Shown here piece by piece: positions 52,801 to 62,229 of a stretch of DNA of 64,000 bases; positions within the stretch are counted from its first letter, which is position 1, and each line of letters begins with the position of its first letter. The position numbers and the translations under genes are program-made. The notes under the pieces were generated by a model. The model made no database searches. It saw only the letters and a program-made list of their open reading frames with translations, and was not told the DNA's origin. This DNA is from Somniosus microcephalus (taxonomy: Eukaryota), in the NCBI GenBank assembly GCA_052327205.1, contig CM126226.1, forward strand, positions 31,310,001 through 31,374,000, given 5' to 3'.

Positions 52801-54495
52801 TCTTTGCCCCATCTCTCAAATTTTCCTGCTCCTACACCCCCCCCCCCCCCCCCCCAACCCCACCAGGGGAACAAGTCAACCATTGATGGAACTGAGGTCC
52901 TTGTCCTGCCCAGCAATATTTAAATTAGTTGACTTTGGTATTTCTGATTGGTCCACCCATGGGTCAGTCGGTGGTTAGAAGCCTCACTCTGCTGTATTTT
53001 CAGCAATGGTTCAGGGACCCATGAATTTGTTACCAAGGAATAAATATAATTGGATTTTCAGAAACCATTTAAGAGAATTGGGGAGACCTGGTAGCCAGAT
53101 TATATAATCAGTGACAAATTTACAGAAGCATCTCCCAATATAAAGGCAGATTTAGGACTTTATAATAGCAAAAAATTGGCACACACAAAATCACAACAGG
53201 AAGTGCATGCAGCCAAATGTATATTCTAGGTAAATAGATAGATGCTTCCTAATTTAGGTTCTATTTAATGTTTTTATGTAAGGAAGCATTTGTGCAATGG
53301 CAACAACAACTACTTACATTTATATAGTGCCCTTAACGTAATAAAACGTCCCAAGGCGCTTCACAGAAGCGTTATCAGAAAACAAAATTTGACACCTAGC
53401 CGCACAAGATGTTAGGGCAAAAGCTTGGTCAAAGAGATAGGTTTTAAGGAGCGCTATTATAATATTATATAACAAGAAGTGTTATAATAACTGAATGACA
53501 CTTACTATTCTGTCTTTCTTAGATGCCATTACAGTAATTTGGCATTTTCCCTCCTGGCTCACATCCTGGCCAATAAAGTTGTTGGATCAGACTATCAACG
53601 CTGGATTACTGAGAATATTTTAACTAAAATAGGAATGGAGCACACTGGATTTGAGTTTACACTATCCGTCCGATCTCAGCTAGCGGTCGGTGTTTACAGC
53701 AATGGCCAACCAGCCCAGCTTTACGACCTTGGCTGGTACCGACCCTCTGGCCAAATGTATTCGACCGCTGCCGATCTGGCAAAGTTGGCTATGGTGCTTT
53801 TGGGAGCTATTCACAAACACCTTCTGCAGCCTGACGCCATAAAAATGATGCTTACGCCGGTATTCAGGTGTTCTGAGGATTACTTTGCCAGCAAGACAGG
53901 AACACCGTGGGAAATCAATGAACTATTTGGTTATGATATCATTAAGAAAGATGGCGACTTGGACGGTTACTCGGCTACGTTTTCCCTGGTTCCTGAACTC
54001 AAATTAGGATTCATTATTTTGATGTCAGGTTCCCGACCCCAAGAGGAAGACTTGACTGCGGGAGTTTATAATTATCTAATACCTGCGATGGAGTCTGCCT
54101 TCCGACAAAGCAACAAGGTTCTTTCTCCGCCTCCTCACTCGAAGCCTTATGTCGGTTACTATACATTTGCAAACTTGACCTTTTATGAGATAAAGAAAGA
54201 TGAGAATGGAGTATTAGTGATGCAGCAGTTTGGCCCTCATATTGAAACCTTGATACCTGAGAGATATAGGACTATCAAGCTATGTTATTTAGAAGAGAGG
54301 GTATTTCAAATTGTATTTGAAAAAGAATATCCATGTGTCTTGAAATTCAGCACAGCTTCAGTATCACTTGAAGCTCAAGATGGACAGCTGTTTAATTTTT
54401 TTCAGTTCAATAGAAAAGGCCTATCTACTGGCTTTGATGCTCCGGGTCTCAATACATATAATATCCTCCGAATAAGTCGGAAACCAAGATTTTGA
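40294..54495 (+). CDS. LACTBL1: Putative beta-lactamase-like protein (LACTBL1-like, serine hydrolase/PBP fold, N-terminal signal anchor), join(40294-40399,41189-41298,45171-45328,48661-48908,49914-50019,53523-54495), 1701 nt, 566 aa; may be extended N-terminally
   Basis: Six GT-AG exons in a continuous frame. N-terminus MDLKWPHLGMAFFILVSITMTCCFVWQYKLPK is hydrophobic; MCPRHPKPVPL follows; motif 1 YRIASISK (SxxK); LKRMASQLSGLPR; motif 2 CHYSNLAFSLL (YxN); PSGQMYSTAADLAKL; motif 3 KKDGDLDGYS. Ortholog versus paralog of human LACTBL1 is not resolved. Confidence 0.88.
40467..40912 (-). mobile_element. Deu-domain SINE, full length
   Basis: Reverse-complement homolog of 25651-26100. Confidence 0.75.
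41189..41298 (+). CDS. LACTBL1-like exon (110 nt)
   Basis: tttacttcag|GT GAA TTT ... CTA GAA AAG|gttagt; encodes EPKPVQMCPRHPKPVPLVHPMPILKEALEK. Confidence 0.9.
42175..42590 (+). mobile_element. CR1 3' fragment
   Basis: SRTRGHSLRIRGRPFKTEMRRNFFTQRVVNLWNSLP; cttatgtt tail. Confidence 0.9.
42977..43348 (+). mobile_element. Deu-domain SINE, 5'-truncated
   Basis: Homologous to 25737-26100. Confidence 0.75.
44010..44450 (-). mobile_element. LINE-derived 3' end of another family (shorter relatives near 9410-9560 and 41815-41875)
   Basis: Recurrent ggatgtgggcatcgctggcaag...gcccatccctaattgcccttgag motif; clade not determined. Confidence 0.5.
45171..45328 (+). CDS. LACTBL1-like exon (158 nt)
   Basis: ctctttcag|GTT GAC TTT ... 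GCT TAC AG|gtaact; encodes LPSISAIVIYNDTVLWTGNFGKRN. Confidence 0.9.
46861..47495. mobile_element. Two adjacent Deu-domain SINE fragments in opposite orientation
   Basis: 46861-47100 on the - strand and 47110-47495 on the + strand. Confidence 0.7.
48661..48908 (+). CDS. LACTBL1-like exon (248 nt; catalytic SxxK)
   Basis: cttgtttcag|G ATC GCA AGC ATT TCC AAG ... CTG TCA G|gtgagg. Confidence 0.92.
49200..49381 (+). mobile_element. Short young CR1 3' end
   Basis: Nearly identical to the reverse complement of 7024-7205. Confidence 0.85.
49426..49705. mobile_element. MITE-like element; inverted relative at about 39290-39445
   Basis: Imperfect termini GGGCCCACATTTGCT and AGTAAACTTGGCCAC; internal sequence is the reverse complement of 39290-39445. 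Confidence 0.45.
49914..50019 (+). CDS. LACTBL1-like exon (106 nt)
   Basis: ggtttgcag|GG TTA CCC AGG CGA ... GGC ACA AG|gttgga. Confidence 0.9.
51100..52415 (-). mobile_element. Relic of a Harbinger-type Myb/SANT (NAIF1-like) accessory gene
   Basis: Pieces RAAKFSEGDV, (ttcag)EKIARNSRVRR...GG...RPLT, acidic EEEEE; intron-like breaks; degraded. Confidence 0.4.
52415..52770 (-). mobile_element. CR1 3' fragment
   Basis: EMRRNFFAQRVVNLWNSLPQRAV; (ACATAAGA)n tail. Confidence 0.88.
53300..53455 (-). mobile_element. L2 3' end fragment
   Basis: (CAA)n tail; reverse complement of 38205-38375. Confidence 0.7.
53523..54495 (+). CDS. LACTBL1-like last coding exon (YSN and KDG motifs, stop TGA)
   Basis: tctttcttag|A TGC CAT TAC AGT AAT ...; matches the 318-aa ORF 53539-54495. 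Confidence 0.93.
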
Positions 54496-55517
54496 GATTT
54501 GACAATAGACTGTGGAGCCATTATGGGAACATTTGAAAAGCCACTTTATTTATAGAGTTGGGAACATAAGAAATTCTCGAAAAAGGGCCATTTGGCCTAT
54601 CGCACCTCCTCCATGCAGAGACCGTTTATGCTTACTCTATCGTGGGCTGCCACCATCTGTTGGTCCCCTATTTTACAGAACACACTGGCTTGGAATTTCC
54701 TCGGAGCAGCTCCCGCCCCCCCCCCGACGTGACTTCGGGTGAAGTAACAGCGGTGGAATAGCAGCAACGCCCAGCAGGAAATTCCCAGCCTGTATCTCTT
54801 TCACTTCCTCCTCAGGTGAAAAGTGCTGCTAAAATCTGTATAACCATCGAGCATTATTCTCAACAGATATCAATCTGGCTCCCTCTTAAATGTGTCAATT
54901 GGTCCTGAATCAACTACCATCTCTGGGGGTCTGTTCCAAGTAGACAGCAAATGAACACTCCCAATGAGCATAAGCTTTCTCTTTGTGCTTGTCTTTTAGT
55001 GTCATTTTGTTCTGCAAGGTAAGTCATGATAGGTAGTAAAATAGTGAAGTTTGGCTTTAAATACCACTGCTTGTAGAGTACCTTTGGCTAACAGAGGATC
55101 AAATCCATTCCCATTTGTGCTGGTGCTCTCACTTGCAATGGTCAGCACATTTTCATTGTAAACCATCAGATTCAAAGTAAATTTTCTTCAGTACTTCACA
55201 GGCAGCAAGCAGCTCCACAATTCGCTGTGCATATCTCAGCTACACAGTAACATGGTAATGTTTTGGGCAGGAGAAGATCAGTGTCTCCCGATCTAGCCTA
55301 CCCTTCCAAACCTCCCATCAGATTTCTTACTGTGATTCTATAATGAATTACCCTGAATCCTCTAACTGCGAACAGGAATTCATCCAGTTCTTTTTAAAAC
55401 CTGCCATGGTTTTCTGTTCAACTCTGCTGGTAATCTTGTCCACATTTCTACCACCCTCCTACTAAAAAAAAATGTTGCCTAATTTCTTTTGATACCCTTA
55501 ACTCTAAATTGTGTTCC

Positions 55518-55752
55518 TGATGCGCTATCAATTACTCATAAAAGACTGAGAGTTAGAAGAGTAACTAAAGGCTTTTATTAACAACAGAATGGAGGTCTGC
55601 CTCGCGTGGTCGACCGGTCCAGGATACAAAGGGCTGGGGAGCAGTCACCTTTATACTAGGACCTGTGGGAGGAGTCAGCCGAGGCATGTCCAGGCATGTA
55701 CACAGTGGAATACAAACAGGACAAACAGGAATACAAACAGTGGTTTACCACA
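55518..55752 (-). repeat. 3' LTR
   Basis: Matches 59637-59871 except A55692 versus G59811. Confidence 0.96.
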
Positions 55753-55794
55753 TTCACCCCTTGTTTAAAATTGAGTCCGGCGGGGTGAAGTGTA

Positions 55795-58700
55795 TTAAAA
55801 GTTAGTGTATTGGAGTCTCTCCGGAGGTCTTGTCTGCCACTGTGATCGGCGTGGCGACGACAGGGGTAGTGAAGCTTCTGGCGTCGAGTCCAGCGTAGGC
55901 TGTGGCACAGGCGTGTCATCCTCGTAGATGTCGAGCGGATCGCGGGGCCCAGGCCTGCTGTCTGCTGGGGCTGGATATCGGATCGTGGGGGGGGGTGGTA
56001 GTGGGTAGTGGGTTACTGCGGCCCCCGAGGGTGCAAGGTCTCTTATGGAGACTGTGTCCTCCCGCCCGTCCGGGTATGCGATGTAAGCATACTGGGGGTT
56101 GGCGTGGAGGAGGTCGACCCTCTCGACCAGGGGGTCCGTTTTATGGGTCCTCACGTGTCTTCTCAGTAGGACCGGCCCTGGGGACGTCAGCCATGGCGGT
56201 AGCGATGTCCCCGATGTGGACTTCCTTGGGAAGACAAACATTTTCTCATGAGGGGTGGCGTTAGTGGCAGTGCAGAGCAGTGACCGAATAGAGTGGAGCG
56301 CATCGGGGAGCACATCCTGCCAGCGGGAGGTTGGAAGGCCCCTAGACTTTAAGGCTAGCAGGACGGCCTTCCAAACTGTCGCATTTTCTCTTTCCACCTG
56401 TCCGTTCCCCCGGGGGTTGTAACTGGTGGTCCTGCTTGTGGCAATACCCCTAGTTAGCAGGTACTGACGGAGTTCGTCGCTCATAAACGATGAGCCCCGG
56501 TCGCTATGGATATAGCTGGGGAAGCCGAACAGGGTGAAGAGGTTGTTCAGACATTTAATGACCGTGGCACTGGTCATGTCCGGGCAGGGGAAGGCGAACG
56601 GGAAATGGGAGTACTCATCAATAATATTGAGGAAGTACACATTGCAGTCGGAGGAGGGGAGAGGCCCTTTAAAATCAACGCTCAGGCGCTCGAAGGGGCG
56701 AGTGGCTTTTATCAGGTGGGCCCTGTCTGGTCTATAAAAGTGCGGTTTGCACTCAGCGCAGACTTGGCAGTTCCTGGTCATGGTCCTGACCTCCTCAATA
56801 GAGTAAGGCAGGTTGCGGGCCTTGATGAGGTGGAAGAACCTGGTGACCCCCGGGTGGCAGAGGTCATTGTGGAGGGCCCGCAGTCTATCGATCTGCGCGC
56901 TGGCGCAGGTGCCACGCGATAGCGCATCCGGGGGTTCATTTAGCTTCCCGGGCCGGTACAAGATCTCGTAGTTGTAGGTGGAAAGTTCGATTCTCCACCT
57001 CAAGATCTTGTCATTTTTGATTTTGCCCCTCTGCTTGTTGTTAAACATAAAAGCAACTGAACGCTGGTCAGTGAGCAGGGTAAATCGTTTTCCGGCCAGG
57101 TAGTGCCTCCAATGACGCACAGCCTCCACAATCGCCTGGGCCTCCTTCTCAACAGCGGAGTGTCTGGTCTCCGGGCCTTGGAGGGTTCATGAAAAGAAGG
57201 CCACGGGTCTCCCTGCCTGATTGAGGGTAGCGGCCAGGGCAAAGTCGGACGCGTCGCTTTCCACCTGGAAGGGGATGGATTCGTCCACCGCGTGCATGGT
57301 GGCTTTGGCAATGTCCTCCTTGATACGGTGGAAGGCTAAGCGGGCCTCTGCCGTCAAGGGAAAAGAGGTGGACTTGATCAGCGGACGGGCCTTGTCCGCA
57401 TAGTAGGGGACCCACTGGGCGTAATAGGAGAAAAACCCTAGGCACCTCTTCAGGGCCTTGAGGCAGTGGGGCAGTGGAAGTTCCATAAGGGGACGCATCC
57501 GGTCGGGGTCGGGGCCGATGACTCCGTGTTCCACAACACAGCCAAGGATGGCGAGGCGGTTTGTGCGGAATATGCACTTCTCCTTGTTATATGTCAGGTT
57601 TAGGAGTTGGGCGGTGCGGAGGAATTTTTCGAGGTTTGCGTCATGGTCCTGCAAGTCACGGCTGCAGATGGTCACATTGTCCAGATATGGGAAAGTGGCC
57701 TGCAACGCATTTTGATCTACCATCCGGTCCATCTCCCTTTGGAAGACGGAGACCCCGTTGGTGATGCCAAAGGGAACCCTAAGGAAGTGATAGAGGCGGC
57801 CGTTTGCCTCAAAGGCAGTGTACTGGCGGTCCTCAGGGCGGATGAGGAGCTGGTGGTACGCTGATTTCAGGTCAATGGTCGAGAAGACGCGGTACTGCGC
57901 GATCTGGTTGACCATGTCAGCTATACGGGGGAGTGGGTAGGCGTCCAGCAGGGTGTAGCGATTTATTGTCTGGCTGTAGTCGATGACCAGGCGCTGCTTC
58001 TCGCCGGTCTTAACGACCACAACCTGGGCTCGCCAGGGGCTGGTGCTGCCCTCAATAATCCCTTCTTTCAGGAGCCGCTCCACTTCGGTTTTAATGAAAA
58101 CCCTGTCCCCGGCACTGTATCGCCTGCTCTTTGTGGCGATGGGCTTACAGTCGGGGGTGAGGTTAGCAAACAGTGGTGGGGGGGTGACTCTGAGTGTGGA
58201 GAGGTTGCACCTGGTGCGTGGCGGGCAGTTTGGAAGCTGCTGGCTGCGGACTGTGAGTGGGGGGAGGGGTCCACCGTACGCCATCGTAACACTTTTAAGG
58301 TGGCACTGAAAATCTAACCCCAGCAGGACGGCAGCGCAGAGGTCAGGCAGGACCAGAAGTTTAAAATGATCGTACACGGTCCCGTCTACTACGAGTGTCA
58401 CCACGCAGTAGCCGCCGATGTCCGCCGACTGGGACTCGGAGGCCATAGAAATCCGCTGTTGCGCAGGCAGGACTGGGAGAGAGCAACGCCGCACCGTGTC
58501 GGGGTGGATGAAGCTCTCCGTGCTCCCAGAGTCAAAAAGGCAGATTGTATCGTGACCATTTACCTTAATGTCCATTGCGGAACTGGCCAGTTGGTGCGGT
58601 CTCGCTTGGTCCAGTGTAACGGATGCCAGCGTAGGGGTCGGTGTGTCGCTGCGGGTATCAGATGAGGCGGTGTCGGGGGCCTGCTGCGTCCCGGCTGTCG

Positions 58701-59613
58701 TCCAAGATGGCGGCGTCCATGATCCCCATGTGGCTGGAGGCGTCCAAAATGGCTGCAGTACCGGTGATTCGCACATGGCCGGGGAGGTCCAAGATGGCGG
58801 CCCGCATGGCCCACACGCGGTGCTGCTGGGGTTCGGGGTGGCTTTGGCCCTGCAGACGCTAGCATAGTGTCCCTTCTTCCCGCAGCCCGAGCAGATCGCG
58901 TTTTTTGCCAGGCAGCGCGCTCTGGGGTGTTTTGCCTGGCCACAGAAGTAGCATTTCTGGCCTTGGGGCACTGCTGCGGTAGTTGGGCCATTGTTGGGGT
59001 GTGGCTGGGGTGGCACGGCGCTATGAGGCGGTCCTACCGTGTCCCAGGCTGTCATTCCCCGCGGCGTCCACGGTGCAGAGGAGTAGGCATCCATGCCCTG
59101 GTAGGCTGCATCCAACGATAGTGCGAGTTCAGAGGCCTTGTTGAGGTCGAGGTTACTCTGCTCCAACAGTCGCTGTCGGGTGTAATTGGATCTGTGGCCC
59201 GCTACAAAAGCGTCCCGGATAAGTTCCTCTGTGTACACGGCGGCCTTTACATCCTTACAACCACAGGCCCGGCCAAGCACAGACAGTGCCTGAAGGTATT
59301 CCACGGTCGATTCCCCAGGTTGTTGTTTACGACTCCCCAGGAGGTGCCTGGCGTACACTTCGTTCACTGGGCGCGTGTACTGGTCCTTGAGGAGCTTGAT
59401 AGCGTCCGCGTACGAGGTCGCGTCTTGGATGACCGAGTACACTCGGTGGTTCACTTTGGAGGTCAGGACATCCAGTTTGTCCTCGTCCGATTTGATTGCT
59501 TCGGAGGCGGTCAGGAATTTTTCGAAACACTTAAGCCAGTGAGTAAACTTGGTGGATGAGTCCGCCTCCCGATGATCTAAGTCCAGGCATGCTGGTGTGA
59601 GGATCTTCTCCAT
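55795..59613 (-). pseudogene. gag-pol polyprotein (1272 codons) with one in-frame premature TGA at 57187-57189
   Basis: ORFs 57187-59613 and 55795-57129 share a frame. Gag CYFCGQAKHPRARC and CSGCGKKGHYASVC; protease LFDSGS; RT FSTIDLKSAYHQ, PFGITN, YLDN; RNase H VESDASD...GRPVAFFS*TL...EKEA...TDQ...DALSR; integrase H-H-C-C, SVDFKGP, HSDRG, NGQVER. Confidence 0.93.
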
Positions 59614-59636
59614 TATAAAAATGTTGTTAATAAAAT

Positions 59637-59871
59637 TGATGCGCTATCAATTACTCATAAAAGACTGAGAGTTAGAAGAGTAACTAAAGGCTTTTATTAA
59701 CAACAGAATGGAGGTCTGCCTCGCGTGGTCGACCGGTCCAGGATACAAAGGGCTGGGGAGCAGTCACCTTTATACTAGGACCTGTGGGAGGAGTCAGCCG
59801 AGGCATGTCCGGGCATGTACACAGTGGAATACAAACAGGACAAACAGGAATACAAACAGTGGTTTACCACA
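59637..59871 (-). repeat. 5' LTR (TATAAA 59769-59774, AATAAA 59693-59698 on the - strand)
   Basis: Direct repeat of 55518-55752; - strand reads TGTGGTAAAC...GATAGCGCATCA. Confidence 0.96.
59801..59820. promoter_or_regulatory. p53-family response element in the LTR U3 (second copy at 55682-55701)
   Basis: AGGCATGTCC GGGCATGTAC, two abutting RRRCWWGYYY half-sites, 19/20 match. Confidence 0.6.
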
Positions 59872-60319
59872 GTTCCCTCGTCCTTAAATTCTGTACCTGA
59901 CACAAGAAGTTTCTGGATCTAATTTCTCGCTATCCCTGAAAATTTTACGGACCTTATCAAGTCCTCGCTCATTCTCCTCTTCACAAGACACTAAAGTCCC
60001 TGGGTAGACAATCTTTCCTCATAAACCAGCTCTCTAAGTTCAGGAATCAGCCTCGTGCCTCCCCGTCCCCTGGATTTCCTCAAATAACTCCCTATCTTTT
60101 CTGTAATGTGGAGAACAAAGCTGAATAAAATACTTCAGATGAAATCTCACCTGATAAAGCACCCCTGCCACTATCCCAACATTTTATTTGCTTTCTTAAC
60201 TGACTACAAACACTGAACTGGCAATTTTAATTACCTAAATGAAAGAATGAACTTGTATTTATATAGCGCCTCTCGCGTCCTTGGGACATCCCAAAGTATT
60301 TCACTGCCACTGTTATAAT

Positions 60320-60669
60320 CACAGAATCAGAATCACAGAAACCCCACAGTGCAGATAGAGGCCATTTCGGCCCATCGAGCCTGCACCGATACATATCCCA
60401 CCCGATCCCCGTAACCCCTACACCAACACATATCCCACCCCTATCCCCGTAACCCCACGTATTTAATCCCCCTAACACTAAGGGTCAATTTTATCAACCT
60501 AACCCGCACATCTTTGGACTGTGGGAGGAAACCGGAGCACCCGGAGGAAACCCACGCAAACACGGGGAGAATGTGCAAACTCCACACAGACAGTCGCCCG
60601 AGGCCGGATTCGAACCCGGGTCCCTGGCGCTGTGAGGCAACAGTGCTAACCACTATGCCACCGTGCTGC
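60320..60669 (-). mobile_element. HE1-like V-SINE (tRNA-derived)
   Basis: - strand GCAGCACGGTGGCATAGTGGTTAGCACTG...GGTTCGAATCC...TGTGTGGAGTTTGCACATTCTCCCCGTG...GGTTTCCTCCGGGTGCTCCGGTTTCCTCCCACAGTCCAAAGA; (GATTCT)n tail. Confidence 0.85.
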
Positions 60670-62229
60670 AAGCACTAATCCGCCAAAACTCCCAGATCTG
60701 CTGGTTTCCTGCTCTGTTACCTCAAACACGTTAACATTAAGTATTAACATTTCTACTTAGTCATGACTTTACACTTGTCTCTGTTGAACTCCATTTGCCA
60801 CCTCTTCTGTCCATTAATCCAACTTGTCCAGCTCCCTATTATTATCAAACACTGCTTTGCATCATTGGCCACTGCACACAGTTCAGGGTTGTTTGCAACG
60901 TTAGACACCTTGGGCAATGTTCTCTTTTCTAAGTCACTTATATAGAAGTTATAAACAACAGTGACCCCCCCCCAACACCAATCCCTGTGAAAATCCAATG
61001 GCATACCTCCCTACACACCACCACTCTGCTGTCCACCTTCCAGCTACGCACAAACCCAGCCTAATGATTTGCCAGTTAGCCCACGGGCTTGCACCTTGTC
61101 TGTTATGTGCAACTCTGTCCAGTAGCTGCAGGTAAAGTATTTAACAGCTGGTGGGAATGTGAATTTGAACTGCATTCACCTGCCGTAGCAATGCAAAGTT
61201 GTGTGGTGCGTCTTTCTTTTCTCCTGGACAGCACATTTTGCAGAGCGTTCTTTGCTGATTTAAAATACTCGATGGAGCCCCTCTGTGTTGCCCTTGCAAA
61301 GCAAAGTGGAGATTTTTCAGGATGTTGAGACAGTGATTAAAAACTAGTCAAAGAGATCTGGTGAAACATTTTAAAATCCCATGGTCCACATTGTCCAACC
61401 TGATAAACAACATGGTCTAACATTATGAATGACTGCCTGACTAACCAGAACCCAAGCTGGATGGTGACAAGCCAGGCGTTGATTTCACACTACTCCACTG
61501 CACACACAATGCCACTTTGGACATTTAACACTTGTCGTCTCATTCTCCAATGTGTTTGTCATCTGTGGTGTTTGTAGCACTGTACTGATTTATGTCAGTG
61601 AATAAAATTGATTAAAACTTGTGATCAACTGGATGGAATGATCAAACTGAGGGCTGCCCAAATCAATCATTGCAACTGCTTTGCACTTTATTAAAAGAAT
61701 TAATGGGAGTTGAAGATAATGGCCCAGAAAACATGCGGGCCTGTGATCTCGGCAATTCTGTTGAGATTGCGCCGGGCGGTGACCTCTGCTGTTAACCCAA
61801 CCAGAATATGTGGGGTCAGGAGATGGTCACCTAATTGAAATGTTCTCGGCAGGCACCCAGGCCTTTATTGGGTGTCTGCCTCCCATAACGGAAACTGTGG
61901 CATATAGTCAGTCGTAAGGAGACTGATGGAAAAAAATCTCCACTATTGATCTGAGGTTCCAGGCCACAGCCCTTTGCCTGGACCTCCAAGGTGGGCCCCA
62001 AAAAAGCCATTCAGCAGGCTCTTCTCACTGGGAGCACTGGCTGCCAAATCTACCCTAAATCCTAGGCCGGAGATACAGGAACTCCCAGCACAGGAAATCC
62101 CTGCCCTGGGCCCAGCCTTCTTTGACACCATTGGCCTAGTATGGGGTGGGCAGAGGCTTTTCCCTATGGGAACTCCGAAATTAGGCTGTTAGCCAGCTTA
62201 CCTGGTCCTAGTCTAATTTCTGGCTCAAT

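Larger units (their letters stand above)
55518..59871 (-). mobile_element. Full-length young Ty3/Gypsy LTR retrotransposon (4354 bp; double-CCHC Gag, Mag-like)
   Basis: Two 235-bp TG...CA LTRs with one mismatch; 5-bp TSD GTTCC (55513-55517 and 59872-59876); domain order gag-PR-RT-RH-IN; PPT AAACAAGGGGTGAA abuts the 3' LTR. Confidence 0.97.

Noticed and set aside
53539-54495. Bacterial beta-lactamase from contamination or recent horizontal transfer
   Set aside because: It is the last exon of a six-exon GT-AG gene embedded in vertebrate repeats and fits the vertebrate LACTBL1 family.
57187-57189. Programmed readthrough or selenocysteine TGA in pol
   Set aside because: It lies inside RNase H at a conserved Arg (FSRTL), not at the gag-pol boundary; the context TGA-ACC is not a typical readthrough signal; a CGA-to-TGA mutation is simpler.
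55902-59559. Many + strand ORFs of 60-140 aa within the Gypsy element
   Set aside because: Antisense shadows of a GC-rich coding sequence with no recognisable motifs.
60595-60669. tRNA genes here and at 25651 and 40912
   Set aside because: The A and B boxes belong to SINE heads that continue into V or Deu domains and LINE-like tails.
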